From contig DYFM01000009.1 of assembly GCA_020725175.1 (NCBI GenBank), positions 1-55,048 of the forward strand: DNA of 55,048 bases, written 5' to 3'. The notes below the pieces were generated by a model that saw only the letters and a program-made list of their open reading frames with translations, was not told the DNA's origin and searched no databases. Below, piece by piece: positions 16,901 to 25,335 of this stretch. This DNA is from Candidatus Paceibacter sp. GTDB taxonomy: Bacteria; Patescibacteriota; Patescibacteriia; Magasanikbacterales; UBA922. Every line of letters starts with the position of its first letter. Position 1 is the first letter of the stretch. The translations under genes were made by a program, and so were the position numbers.

Positions 16901-17415
16901 ACCACTTCTTCATTAGCGAGACCAATCTTACAGTTCAAGCACCAATTAATCGGCATGTTTTTCTTGTAGGCTAACCCATGTTTGTAGAGTTGCAAAAAAA
17001 TCCACTGCGTCCATTTGTAGTACGCCGGATCAGTCGTATCCACCATGCGTGACCAGTCAAACCCAAAACCGAGCGACTTGAGTTGGCGGGTAAAATTGGC
17101 AATATTTTCAGCCGTCACCTCAGCCGGAGGTCGTCCGGTTTTAATCGCGTAATTTTCTGTCGGAAGTCCAAACGCGTCAAACCCGATCGGATAGAGAACA
17201 TTTTTTCCTTCCATTCTTTTTTTACGAGAAATCACATCCATGGCAGTAAATGGCCGCGGATGCCCAACATGAAGTCCTGCTCCCGATGGATACGGAAACT
17301 CAATCAGCGCGTAAAATTTTTCTTTACTTTCATCAAGATCAGCACGATACGTTTGCTGTTCATCCCAATGCTTTTGCCATTTTGGCTCTATTTCTTTTGG
17401 GTTATAAGGTTGCAT
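13969..17415 (-). CDS. leuS: Leucyl-tRNA synthetase, enlarged (1148 aa) by inserted Nudix and alpha/beta-hydrolase domains
   Basis: HVGH (HIGH), KMSKS, FTTRPDTLFG, GTGAIMAVPAHDERD, LRDWVFSRQRYWGEPIP and C-terminal IQVNGKLRG motifs. Confidence 0.97.
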   Translation of the reverse strand: MQPYNPKEIEPKWQKHWDEQQTYRADLDESKEKFYALIEFPYPSGAGLHVGHPRPFTAMDVISRKKRMEGKNVLYPIGFDAFGLPTENYAIKTGRPPAEVTAENIANFTRQLKSLGFGFDWSRMVDTTDPAYYKWTQWIFLQLYKHGLAYKKNMPINWCLNCKIGLANEEVVDGTCERCGGPVEKRDKEQWMLAITKYADSLLDGLNEVDYIPMARTQQENWIGRSSGASIKFKVLSSNKGEIGELEVFTTRPDTLFGVTYMVVAPEHELVAQLLEGTRNKEQGTIKNVDEVHTYVEKARLKSDLERTELQKEKTGVELKGLKAINPATEEEIPIFVADYVLATYGTGAIMAVPAHDERDYEFAKKYNIPIKQVVAFFHANDTVDDAYRPDKPVLKRHTINAIVKHWQDDTYLCLDWEKFGWHTGIIGGVEKGEDIVEAAMREIREETGYKNIKFVRSVGGENHNVFFARHKDENRYAIGHGLYFELIDGEYEKPNEEEIKNHTAVWIEKDSMVEFLNLPNFKYVWRQLSMKNDCFSDEGITINSEFLNDLKTPQAKETMIQWLEEKGVGKRKVQFKLRDWVFSRQRYWGEPIPLVKCDQCENKKYKYVFVHGFNPTAREDFFIELKKSLEDKGHEVSYPSLPNSDAPNIEEQVAYLKQKCVLDKNTIVVAHSLGGAVVMKLLEQVNLQESVEKVVLVDCFTEPTFNDKRREPVEKSCDWKFSFDDIRSLAKEWVVIVDKDHPVVPQGQEKIFHTKLGANIIIAEPEVSHFCSTNEPIVQKNVEPTGWIPLPEDQLPLTLPQVEKYQPTDTGESPLAAMEDWVKTTCPKCGGEARRETDTMPNWAGSSWYFLRYMDPNNSEALASPEAMKYWGPVDWYNGGMEHVVLHLLYSRFWNQFLYDIGVVPFKEPYNKRTSHGMILAKGGEKMSKSKGNVVNPDEMVEQFGADTLRTYIMFMGPFDQAVEWDINGLIGVRRFLDRVWNLQGKVKEGAENEKKVLQTLHQTIKKVSEDIDEMRFNTAIAKMMELTNEWMKAETISKSAYASLIQLLAPFAPHIAEELWQQLGYGQSIARSGWPMCDEQYLTIDNVTIAIQVNGKLRGTIDVAVDVDEEEVKQLALKQENVAKWLEGKEPKKVIYVKGKLVSIVI
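16560..16587. repeat. Perfect heptamer repeat (TTGTTCC)x4 inside leuS
   Basis: Encodes GTRNKEQGT in frame. Confidence 0.95.
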
Positions 17416-17457
17416 AATAAACTAACAAATTAATTTCATACACGCTATTTTTGCACT

Positions 17458-17796
17458 TTACACAACATCATTAATTTTATGCGGAGAGTTTTCTCTCCCA
17501 GATTCTTCTACACGTCGATATGCTTTATCAGCTTTTTTTCTAGTCTGTTGCGTAGCATCTAACCCTTCTTGTTGAGTAGGGATAGATTTTTCTGCTGCTT
17601 GCGCTATAGCAGGCACACCCTCTTGTTTTTTCACCGCTGGCGATTTAATTAATCTTGCACCCTTAGGTCTAAGCACTCTCCCAACCCTAATCATTACTGC
17701 ACCATGACTATTATACAATACACCATCAAGTTCTATGAGACCACCTTCTCTTGAGACTGTCGATCCTAAATTTTTTATCGGAAATTTTTCCTTCAT
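17458..17796 (-). CDS. Hypothetical protein (112 aa)
   Basis: Fills the rplU-leuS gap on the same strand and has TAATCT-N7-ATG upstream; no recognisable motif. Confidence 0.55.
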   Translation of the reverse strand: MKEKFPIKNLGSTVSREGGLIELDGVLYNSHGAVMIRVGRVLRPKGARLIKSPAVKKQEGVPAIAQAAEKSIPTQQEGLDATQQTRKKADKAYRRVEESGRENSPHKINDVV

Positions 17797-17851
17797 AAAA
17801 TACAGATTAATTCCTACCCATCTTACCCCACCATCTTAAAAAAATCAAGAC

Positions 17852-17878
17852 AAAAAATCCGCCTCTTCAGCGGATTTT
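17852..17878 (-). terminator. Intrinsic terminator after rplU
   Basis: AAAATCCGC-7nt-GCGGATTTT stem with a T6 tail on the minus strand. Confidence 0.85.
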
Positions 17879-17890
17879 GATAGTGTTGTA

Positions 17891-18205
17891 TTACGCAACC
17901 TTTTTCACTTTTACTTTGGTAAAGTGTTGGCGGTGACCATAGACTTTATGGTAGCGTACTTTTCGCTTATACTTGACCACACGAATTTTTTTCGCACGGC
18001 CTTGCTGCTCCACATCAACAGTTACTGTCGCGCCTTCGATATATGGAGTTCCAACTTTTACTTTGGTTCCATCATCTTCAGCCAACAAGAGCACTTTGTC
18101 AAACGTAAATTCAGTACCGGCATCTACTGGAAGTTTTTCAATTTTAAGGGCTTTTCCCGGTTCTACCAGGTATTGTTTACCACCGGTTTCAATAACGGCA
18201 ATCAT
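17891..18205 (-). CDS. rplU: 50S ribosomal protein L21
   Basis: [14 protein letters not shown]...[10 protein letters not shown]...[11 protein letters not shown]...[11 protein letters not shown]. Confidence 0.97.
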   Translation of the reverse strand: MIAVIETGGKQYLVEPGKALKIEKLPVDAGTEFTFDKVLLLAEDDGTKVKVGTPYIEGATVTVDVEQQGRAKKIRVVKYKRKVRYHKVYGHRQHFTKVKVKKVA

Positions 18206-18330
18206 ACAGAAGAAATTTTAGATAATTACTAGACTTGATAATTTGGCTACTAGGAGCCATTCTACCCTTTGTACCGAGGGGAGAAGAATGGCACTAGTAT
18301 ACACCCTTTTTTCGATTTCGTCAAGTACCG

Positions 18331-20331
18331 TCAATATTCACCAAGAAGTTTCATACCAATTGGTGAATTTTCCCCAAATGGCCACCACTCATCGACTTTT
18401 CGCACTTTACTACTAAAAACTCGAACCGGTACACCTCCGGACAAGGGAGATACCACAATATCCTCATTCTCATCGTCATCATATCGCCCGACAATCACAT
18501 CAAGCCCACCACGGTAACTTGGGTCGTACGCCCAAAAATGACGCTTTATTTTTCCGCTGAGCTCATAATAGAGTAAAAATGGCTCTTCACCTTTTCCGGC
18601 AGCCACGACCAGTTCCGATTCGTTGTCACCATCAATATCCCCCACTGCAATGGTTCCTCGAAATTGAATATAATCAATCGGACTGGTTTGCTCCAGTGTT
18701 CCGATACCAGAAAAACGTTGCATCATTAGTTGATCACCATTGTGAGAAAGCGTGATCAGTTTATCCTTTTCTTCACCCTGTCCTTTTTCAACAGCCAATG
18801 ATACGCCTTTATGCGCTTTACTATGTTCATACCGACCAAGCTCTTTCCCTTGTAAAGAAAATAGTCGAAACACCGTCTTTTCTCCGATATCAGATGCAAG
18901 CACCACTTCCACCGTCTCGTCACCCGTCATATCCGCCAGAACCAGCTCTTGCTTACCCGGAACCGCTACCGCCCAAGATGCCAAAGGAAACCACTTACTG
19001 GTATATACCTGCACTTCGGCTTTACCATTAACTGTTTTTACCATTGAAAACAAAACATCTGTTTTTGTGGTATATGTGTATACATCATCACGATCAATGA
19101 GCGCAGTAAGAGTAGAAAGTGAAATATTGTCGGTAGTAAGATTCTTTTTTCTTGTTTCCCCGGTCACCGGATTATATGTGGAAATATAAGAAAAAGTATT
19201 GGCATTCCCTATCTTTGGGGATGTTTTTTGCGATGAGGCATAGGCAATGACTTTATCCACTTGCAACAACCCTTTCCCAAACAAGTTCGCATATTCCTTT
19301 TCGTCTTGCGGTGGCGTTTTGTGTGTATTGGTCAAGATTGCATTGGTAATTTCTTTTGCCCCCCAATTTGGATGCAGACTTTTTATCAACGCGGCCGTAC
19401 CACTCACGAGCGGTGTTGCGAATGATGTTCCGTTCCAGCCATCCGCGAACGTTTCTGACAATCCATTGACCGGAGAATACAAGACTGTACTTCCGAGTTG
19501 CACTCCGGGAGCTGTGATATCAATACAGTTTGACCCGCTATTTGAAAACTGAGCAATTTGATGTGTTTTTTGTATGGCACTTACTCCAATTACCCACTGC
19601 TCGATGCGCCCTTCATCGGCACAAATTGGATACAATGGAGAACGATTAAGATCCGTCATATCGTTTCCCGCGGCTGCCACCACCACAACCCCTTTTTTAT
19701 AAGCTCGCTCAATAGCAGTCGATAAATCATCAGTTTTCTGACCCACCATGCTAATATTTATAATGTCAGCACCATTATCAACCGCATAGTCAATCGCTTT
19801 TGCCACCGGCGTAATGGAACCAGAACCGTTGTTGCCAAGTACTTTGATATTCATGAGGCGTACTTGCCAATTGACTCCCACCCCATCAAGCGCGTTGTTC
19901 CCAACTGCACCAATCAGTCCGGCAACGACTGTTCCATGATGAAATACACCCTCTTTTTTTTGCGCGGCCGTGACATCAGAAACATCGGGAACTGGATTAT
20001 TGTTATTGTCTAAAAAATTCCATCCGTATACATCGTCTACATACCCATTATTGTCATCATCTTTGTTGTTGTTGGCAATTTCTTTGGAATTTTTCCAAAC
20101 ATTGGCCTTGAGATCAGGATGATGAATATCAAATCCATTATCAATCACGGCCACCACGACATTTCTTGAACCGGTCGTATACTGCCAAGCATCATACAGC
20201 TTAATATCCGTGTACGCCCATTGCGACGCGTTCGGATCGTTTGCTGTTTTAGCAAGCGCGAAAGATAAAGGAAAAAACATCATGATCACCATCATGATGT
20301 TTAGAAATTGTGAAAAACGTTTTGTATGCAT
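18331..20331 (-). CDS. Subtilisin-like S8 serine protease with C-terminal FG-GAP-like repeats
   Basis: Catalytic triad VIDNG / HHGTVVAG / GTSFATP, AAAGND, signal peptide; C-terminal GDIDGDNESELVVA-type repeats. Confidence 0.9.
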   Translation of the reverse strand: MHTKRFSQFLNIMMVIMMFFPLSFALAKTANDPNASQWAYTDIKLYDAWQYTTGSRNVVVAVIDNGFDIHHPDLKANVWKNSKEIANNNKDDDNNGYVDDVYGWNFLDNNNNPVPDVSDVTAAQKKEGVFHHGTVVAGLIGAVGNNALDGVGVNWQVRLMNIKVLGNNGSGSITPVAKAIDYAVDNGADIINISMVGQKTDDLSTAIERAYKKGVVVVAAAGNDMTDLNRSPLYPICADEGRIEQWVIGVSAIQKTHQIAQFSNSGSNCIDITAPGVQLGSTVLYSPVNGLSETFADGWNGTSFATPLVSGTAALIKSLHPNWGAKEITNAILTNTHKTPPQDEKEYANLFGKGLLQVDKVIAYASSQKTSPKIGNANTFSYISTYNPVTGETRKKNLTTDNISLSTLTALIDRDDVYTYTTKTDVLFSMVKTVNGKAEVQVYTSKWFPLASWAVAVPGKQELVLADMTGDETVEVVLASDIGEKTVFRLFSLQGKELGRYEHSKAHKGVSLAVEKGQGEEKDKLITLSHNGDQLMMQRFSGIGTLEQTSPIDYIQFRGTIAVGDIDGDNESELVVAAGKGEEPFLLYYELSGKIKRHFWAYDPSYRGGLDVIVGRYDDDENEDIVVSPLSGGVPVRVFSSKVRKVDEWWPFGENSPIGMKLLGEY

Positions 20332-20351
20332 GTGTCTATGTGTTTTACTAT

Positions 20352-21860
20352 TTATAACGGAATAATATGAGATTGTTTTTTCACTGTAGGCACTTGAATT
20401 TCATCGGAATTTGAAGAAATGCTCTTTTTTTCTCCCACACCCAGATCTATTCCATATGGTGTAACCGCGACAAATGCCGGAGGGAATGCAAAAGAACTCA
20501 AACTTTTTTCAGAAACCGAACTGGCTACCGGATACACTTTTTTACTACTCGACATATAGTATACTTTTTTCTTTTCTTTTTGCCACACAAATGAACCGGA
20601 TGGATACACATAGGTTTGTTCAGTCAGGTCTTTGATAGCACCTACACCAACCGGCGAAAACCCGCCGGCAATTTCTTGTCCATCTTGGTAGCCATCTCCA
20701 TCGGTATCAGGGTTCATTGGATCACTGAGCCAGTAATATATTTCTTCATAATCACTGACCGCGTCATTATCAGAATCACGTTTACTTTCCGATGTGCCAT
20801 AAAGTTGTTCTGTTTCTTTATCTACCCCATCACCATCCTTATCAGTGCCAGATTTGGCTTTTAAACTTTTCACACTGTAGTAGGTCTGCAGTGACGTTGG
20901 AAGCTGAATCACCCGTTTATGCCATGTAGGTCCATAGAGAATATATGCCTCTGCGTCTGAACGGAGCGGACGCAACACACACCCCGGCTCTACTGCGTAA
21001 TACTGCCCAAATGATTCAAACTGCACGAGCCAAGTACCCGGACGCACACACACCGGTATTCCAATTTGATACTTCCCAATAAGTGCGTTACTCACCGTTT
21101 TTACCCCAACAAAATCTTCAAACCAAGAATGAAACACCGCCAAATGCCCAAACGGATGCAATCGTCCATCGAACCCAACATAATATAGCCCATCTTGTGG
21201 ACTCTTGACCACCGTTCCTTCCGGAATATAATCTTTTGGTTGTTGATAAACAATAGTATCACTAACAACCAGCGTTTTTCCGTCAACATCAGTAAAACGC
21301 GCATAGACCGTTTTGGTTCCGGCTCCAGGTGAGACTACCCACGAAAGACTGTCTTCAATCGGATACGTCTCTGACGTTTCAAAGTTGCTGGTATTACTGA
21401 GTTCCACTTCTTCCACACCATTCGAATACGCAAAATAGAGAGTCACATAGCGTGAAGTGGTCTCAGTTTTTTTCTTATTTATATCAACACTTCCAGCCAA
21501 TGTTCCGGGGCTTGCCAACACAATCGTGTCTTTGTATATTTCCGTTTGGCTTCCGTTTTTCAGTTTAAAACGAACATAGACTGTTTTTGTCCCACTACCA
21601 TAACTGACGTTCCAGGCTGTTTCTTTTTGTACCGGCTTCCATGATACATCCGACAAATCAGACAGATTGGAAACTTTCATACTCACGGCTTTTTTGGGAG
21701 GCGTGACCGAAAGCGTCACCGCACGCGTCTTCGTCTGTGAAGCATTGTTATTTATCACAACGCCCGGCGTTACTTCGGCAGCCAGACTTCCCGACCAAAG
21801 AATCATAGCTCCCAAGATTCCAATGAAGACTCCAAGCCGAATGACTTGATTTTTGGACAT
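20352..21860 (-). CDS. Secreted hypothetical surface protein (two Ig-like repeats, DxDxDG motifs)
   Basis: Signal peptide; duplicated T.R.VTL...G.KTVY.RF...Y.DTI segments; DKDGDG/DTDGDG motifs; YYVGFDG..HPF..F.SWF.DF motif. Confidence 0.7.
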   Translation of the reverse strand: MSKNQVIRLGVFIGILGAMILWSGSLAAEVTPGVVINNNASQTKTRAVTLSVTPPKKAVSMKVSNLSDLSDVSWKPVQKETAWNVSYGSGTKTVYVRFKLKNGSQTEIYKDTIVLASPGTLAGSVDINKKKTETTSRYVTLYFAYSNGVEEVELSNTSNFETSETYPIEDSLSWVVSPGAGTKTVYARFTDVDGKTLVVSDTIVYQQPKDYIPEGTVVKSPQDGLYYVGFDGRLHPFGHLAVFHSWFEDFVGVKTVSNALIGKYQIGIPVCVRPGTWLVQFESFGQYYAVEPGCVLRPLRSDAEAYILYGPTWHKRVIQLPTSLQTYYSVKSLKAKSGTDKDGDGVDKETEQLYGTSESKRDSDNDAVSDYEEIYYWLSDPMNPDTDGDGYQDGQEIAGGFSPVGVGAIKDLTEQTYVYPSGSFVWQKEKKKVYYMSSSKKVYPVASSVSEKSLSSFAFPPAFVAVTPYGIDLGVGEKKSISSNSDEIQVPTVKKQSHIIPL

Positions 21861-21948
21861 ATATTTGATACTATTCGAGTAAAATAAGAGAAATTTTTAT
21901 CTCTCATATAGTATACACTATTTTCTCTTCATCCACAATAACTTCAGT

Positions 21949-23340
21949 ATGCTCCACAGTCGGTACCGACTCAAACAACTCACCTTAGCTATCGGAGACG
22001 TATTGGCTTGTTACATCGCTCTTATTATTGCGCTGTCGTTGCGTCAACTCTCCCCGGTCGATATACACGAAGTACTTCGAGTGGCCCCGGCGTTTACTTT
22101 GGCTTTTTTTGGTTGGATCATGATCAATTTTATCAATGGTCTCTATGATATAGGTGCGCAAACAAAAACATGGCAGTTTTTACGCCGCCTCGGAGAAGCC
22201 GGCACCATGGCGTTTGTCGTGACCGTCTTTTTCTTTTATCTCAATCCATCTTCTATTACCCCAAAAACCATATTAGCGCTCACCGTTCTTATCTCGTACC
22301 TTCTCATGTGGAGCTGGAGAAGTCTCACGGCCGGACTTTTAACTTCAGCAAAACGATTGCAAACTCGAGTGGCCTTTGTGGGATACATGGAAGAAGTTCA
22401 GGAACTGGTCACTATTTGCAACAATTTTCCAGGTCGCGGGTATTTGCCGGTACTCTGTATTGATCCAAACCTACCACTGCAAAAATTGCTTTCAAAAAAC
22501 ATTGCTACTTCAAATGATATAAATAATTTACCCGCGTTGATTCATGAATATCATGTTGACGTGGTGGTCATAGCCCCGCATCTCGAGCAACAAAAAGACA
22601 TGTTGCAAAAACTATATACCCTGCTTTTTTCTCCAGCCACAGTTACTGATCTGACCAGTTTTTACGAATTGGTAACCGGCAGAATTCCACCGTTTACCTT
22701 TTCCGAAGGTTGGTTTTTGCGTCATCTCAAATATCGTCAACCCACGTACGAAAAACTCCGCTCTTTAGTAGACATTATGGTTGGAATACTACTACTTTTT
22801 CTCATGGCAGTCCTTTTTGTGCCAGTAGCAGTGCTGATCAAAACCACCTCAAAAGGACCCGTGTTTATTTCTCAACGCCGTGTTGGAAAAGATGGAAAAA
22901 TTTTTACCTTGTATAAATTTCGTTCCATGTATGCCTTGGCTCCAGATGGGAGTGCGGAGGTAAATGGCGTGCTATTGGCGCAGCAAGGTGATAAACGGAT
23001 TACTCCGATCGGAAACATTCTCCGCAAACTTCGCATTGATGAACTGCCGCAGTGTATCAATCTTTTGAAGCGTGATATTACTCTCATCGGTCCTCGTCCG
23101 GAACGTCCGGAAATCGTGGCAGAGCTGGAGCAACAAATGCCCTACTACCGCCTTCGCCATGTCGTCCTCCCCGGTCTCACCGGCTGGGCAGTACTGCACC
23201 AACACTATGCTGATACCCTGGAAAAAAATCTCCAAAAACTCCAGTACGATCTTTACTATATCAAAAACAGATCCCTATTGCTGGACCTATCAATTGTACT
23301 CAAAACCGTCAATGTAATTGTGCGAATGCTGGGACAATAA
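21949..23340 (+). CDS. Priming polyprenyl glycosylphosphotransferase (bacterial sugar transferase, WcaJ/WbaP-like)
   Basis: N-terminal TMs; LYKFRSM, LRIDELPQ, GPRPERP, PGLTGWA and YDLYYIKN motifs. Confidence 0.93.
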   Translation: MLHSRYRLKQLTLAIGDVLACYIALIIALSLRQLSPVDIHEVLRVAPAFTLAFFGWIMINFINGLYDIGAQTKTWQFLRRLGEAGTMAFVVTVFFFYLNPSSITPKTILALTVLISYLLMWSWRSLTAGLLTSAKRLQTRVAFVGYMEEVQELVTICNNFPGRGYLPVLCIDPNLPLQKLLSKNIATSNDINNLPALIHEYHVDVVVIAPHLEQQKDMLQKLYTLLFSPATVTDLTSFYELVTGRIPPFTFSEGWFLRHLKYRQPTYEKLRSLVDIMVGILLLFLMAVLFVPVAVLIKTTSKGPVFISQRRVGKDGKIFTLYKFRSMYALAPDGSAEVNGVLLAQQGDKRITPIGNILRKLRIDELPQCINLLKRDITLIGPRPERPEIVAELEQQMPYYRLRHVVLPGLTGWAVLHQHYADTLEKNLQKLQYDLYYIKNRSLLLDLSIVLKTVNVIVRMLGQ

Positions 23341-23481
23341 CGGAAGAAGTTCCAAGGGTAAATTTCCAAGTTCCAAATAACGTCTTATATGTGTTTTTTT
23401 TTTATTTTTTCGTTAGCTGAACTACACTTACGTATACACGTGGTTTTGTATTATACTACTGATATAGACCATTTTTACTAT

Positions 23482-23799
23482 ATGAACATAATGAAAAAAA
23501 CCACAATCCAACAGCTATATCAAGAGATTGCCACTACGATTTTTCAACATGTAGATCCACGAACACATCGTGTGTTTATATTTGGTTCCCGGGCCAGAGG
23601 AGATAACTCAGAACGATCTGATATTGATATTGGAATTGAAGGTCCCACAAAAATCCCAGGATACACCATGACAAATATACGAGAAGCACTTGACCTACTT
23701 CCAACACTTCTTTCCTTTGATGTCATAGATTTCTATTCCGCCTCAGATAAATTTAAAAAAGAAGCCTACACCACAATCAAACCACTTTCTCATTATTAA
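23482..23799 (+). CDS. Minimal nucleotidyltransferase (MNT) antitoxin-like protein
   Basis: FGSRARGDNSERSDIDI fits GSx10DxD, plus FDVID. The start is probably 23482 or 23491, not 23389. Confidence 0.88.
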   Translation: MNIMKKTTIQQLYQEIATTIFQHVDPRTHRVFIFGSRARGDNSERSDIDIGIEGPTKIPGYTMTNIREALDLLPTLLSFDVIDFYSASDKFKKEAYTTIKPLSHY

Positions 23800-23808
23800 C
23801 CTCTTTCC

Positions 23809-24189
23809 ATGGAACCTACTTTTCTCGATTTTCAAAAAGCTGTGCAACGTTTACAAGAATAACTTTTGCTTACTAAAACAGATATCACAAGAGATTCTGC
23901 CATCAAACGATTTGAGTTATGTTTTGACCTTTCCTGGAAACTTCTCAAACACTATGCAGCTCATGAAAGTATCATCTGCAATTCTCCTCGTGCTTGCATG
24001 AAAGCAGGTTTTCAGTTTCACCTCATAGATGATGATCTAGGATGGCTTAATATGATAGAAGATAGAAATAAAAGTGTACATATTTACGACGAAGCATTGG
24101 CAGAAGAAGTGTTCCAGACCCTTTCTAACCATCTAGAACGTTTTCAAAAACTTATTTCTCAATATCAAAAATCTGTATCGGAAATATAA
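23809..24189 (+). pseudogene. HEPN (HI0074-type nucleotidyltransferase substrate-binding) toxin-like gene interrupted by in-frame TAA at 23860-23862
   Basis: ATG 23809 MEPTFLDFQKAVQRLQE*LLLTKTDITRDSAIKRFELCFDLSWK continues in frame with the 23866 ORF; RNKSVH is an Rx4H motif. Confidence 0.85.
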
Positions 24190-24208
24190 AACCAAAAAAC
24201 AAGAAAGT

Positions 24209-24243
24209 AAAAAGACACCGAACATGAATGATCGGTGTTTTTT
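24209..24243 (+). terminator. Intrinsic terminator after the MNT-HEPN pair
   Basis: ACACCGA-loop-TCGGTGT followed by a T-run. Confidence 0.8.
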
Positions 24244-24261
24244 ACCTCACAAGGAGTGATA

Positions 24262-24282
24262 TTTCTAATTTCTAATTTCTAA
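24262..24282. repeat. Heptamer (TTTCTAA)x3
   Basis: Read directly; abuts the stop codon of the epimerase. Confidence 0.8.
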
Positions 24283-24284
24283 TA

Positions 24285-25193
24285 TCAAAGACCAAACTCT
24301 TTTTTCAACTCCGAAACCCCTTCTTCTATCGCAATCGTCGGTTCCCAGCCCAATAATTCTTTCGCCTTTGTGTTGTCCGCTTCCATATAGCGAATGTCTC
24401 CCTGACGCGGTTCAATATTAATGTGTGGCCCACCAATTAAAGATACGAGATCGTTGACTGATTGTGGTTTGCCGTTTCCGATATTAATTCTTTCTCCTTT
24501 TCCAACCGTATCTTTTGTCATAGCCAAAATGTTCGCCCGAACAGCGTCAGCGACATGAGTAAAATCTCGATAATATTCTCCGTCACCACAGACCGTCATT
24601 GGTTCACCGTTTTTCAGTTGATTCATAAACTTTCCAATAACCAGCGCGTACGGTCCTTCCGGATCAAAATATGGTCCATAGATATTGAAATAAATCAAAC
24701 TCCCCGTCTCAAGACCATAAATTTCAGAAAATACCCGACAATACTCTTCCCCAATCAATTTATGCAGCGCGTACGGAGCAATCGGTTTTTTAATTCGATC
24801 ATCTTCGGTCACCGGAAATACTTCTTGATCTCCATAGGTTGACGATGAGGAGGAAAAGACCACGCGTTTTACTCCGGCATCACGAGCTGCCAAGAGCACA
24901 TTCACGGTTCCGTTTACATTGACATCGTGCGTTTCTTGCGGGTGTTGAATAGAGTATGGTACTCGAGGAAGTGCGGCCATGTGAAATACTCCATCGACGC
25001 CCTGCATCGCTCTAAGGAGTGTGTCAAAGTCCCGAATATCCCCCTCTATATATTCCGCGCCAGCTTGAATGCGCTCCGGCTTTCGCCCAGCAGAATAATT
25101 ATCAATAACCCGAACTGTGTGTCCGTCAGCAAGCAATTGTTTGGTAAGATTGGTACCGATAAATCCGGCGCCACCGGTGACGAGATAATGCAT
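24285..25193 (-). CDS. NAD-dependent epimerase/dehydratase (extended SDR, UDP-glucose/GlcNAc 4-epimerase-like)
   Basis: MHYLVTGGAGFIG start at 25193; YALHK as YxxxK; YFNIYGP; RQGDIRY. Confidence 0.92.
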   Translation of the reverse strand: MHYLVTGGAGFIGTNLTKQLLADGHTVRVIDNYSAGRKPERIQAGAEYIEGDIRDFDTLLRAMQGVDGVFHMAALPRVPYSIQHPQETHDVNVNGTVNVLLAARDAGVKRVVFSSSSSTYGDQEVFPVTEDDRIKKPIAPYALHKLIGEEYCRVFSEIYGLETGSLIYFNIYGPYFDPEGPYALVIGKFMNQLKNGEPMTVCGDGEYYRDFTHVADAVRANILAMTKDTVGKGERINIGNGKPQSVNDLVSLIGGPHINIEPRQGDIRYMEADNTKAKELLGWEPTIAIEEGVSELKKEFGL

Positions 25194-25240
25194 ATATATG
25201 TTAGTTAGCAGGTTTATAAGATTACAAGTTGATAAATGAG

Positions 25241-25327
25241 GATTAGGCAGATTACGCTTATATACAAAACAAATTTTGATTGGGTTAGTATGTATAGTAA
25301 AACTTAATCTGCTTAATCTGCCTATTC
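25241..25327. repeat. Inverted pair of GCAGATT-type nonamer arms in the intergenic region
   Basis: 25241-25257 GATTAGGCAGATTACGC matches the reverse complement of 25311-25327 (GAATAGGCAGATTAAGC) at 15 of 17 positions. Confidence 0.7.
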
Positions 25328-25335
25328 TACTTACC

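Noticed and set aside
23389-23481. Long N-terminal extension of the MNT ORF (MCFFFIF...)
   Set aside because: It is low-complexity intergenic sequence; MNT proteins are about 100 aa and the domain starts near MKKTTIQQ.
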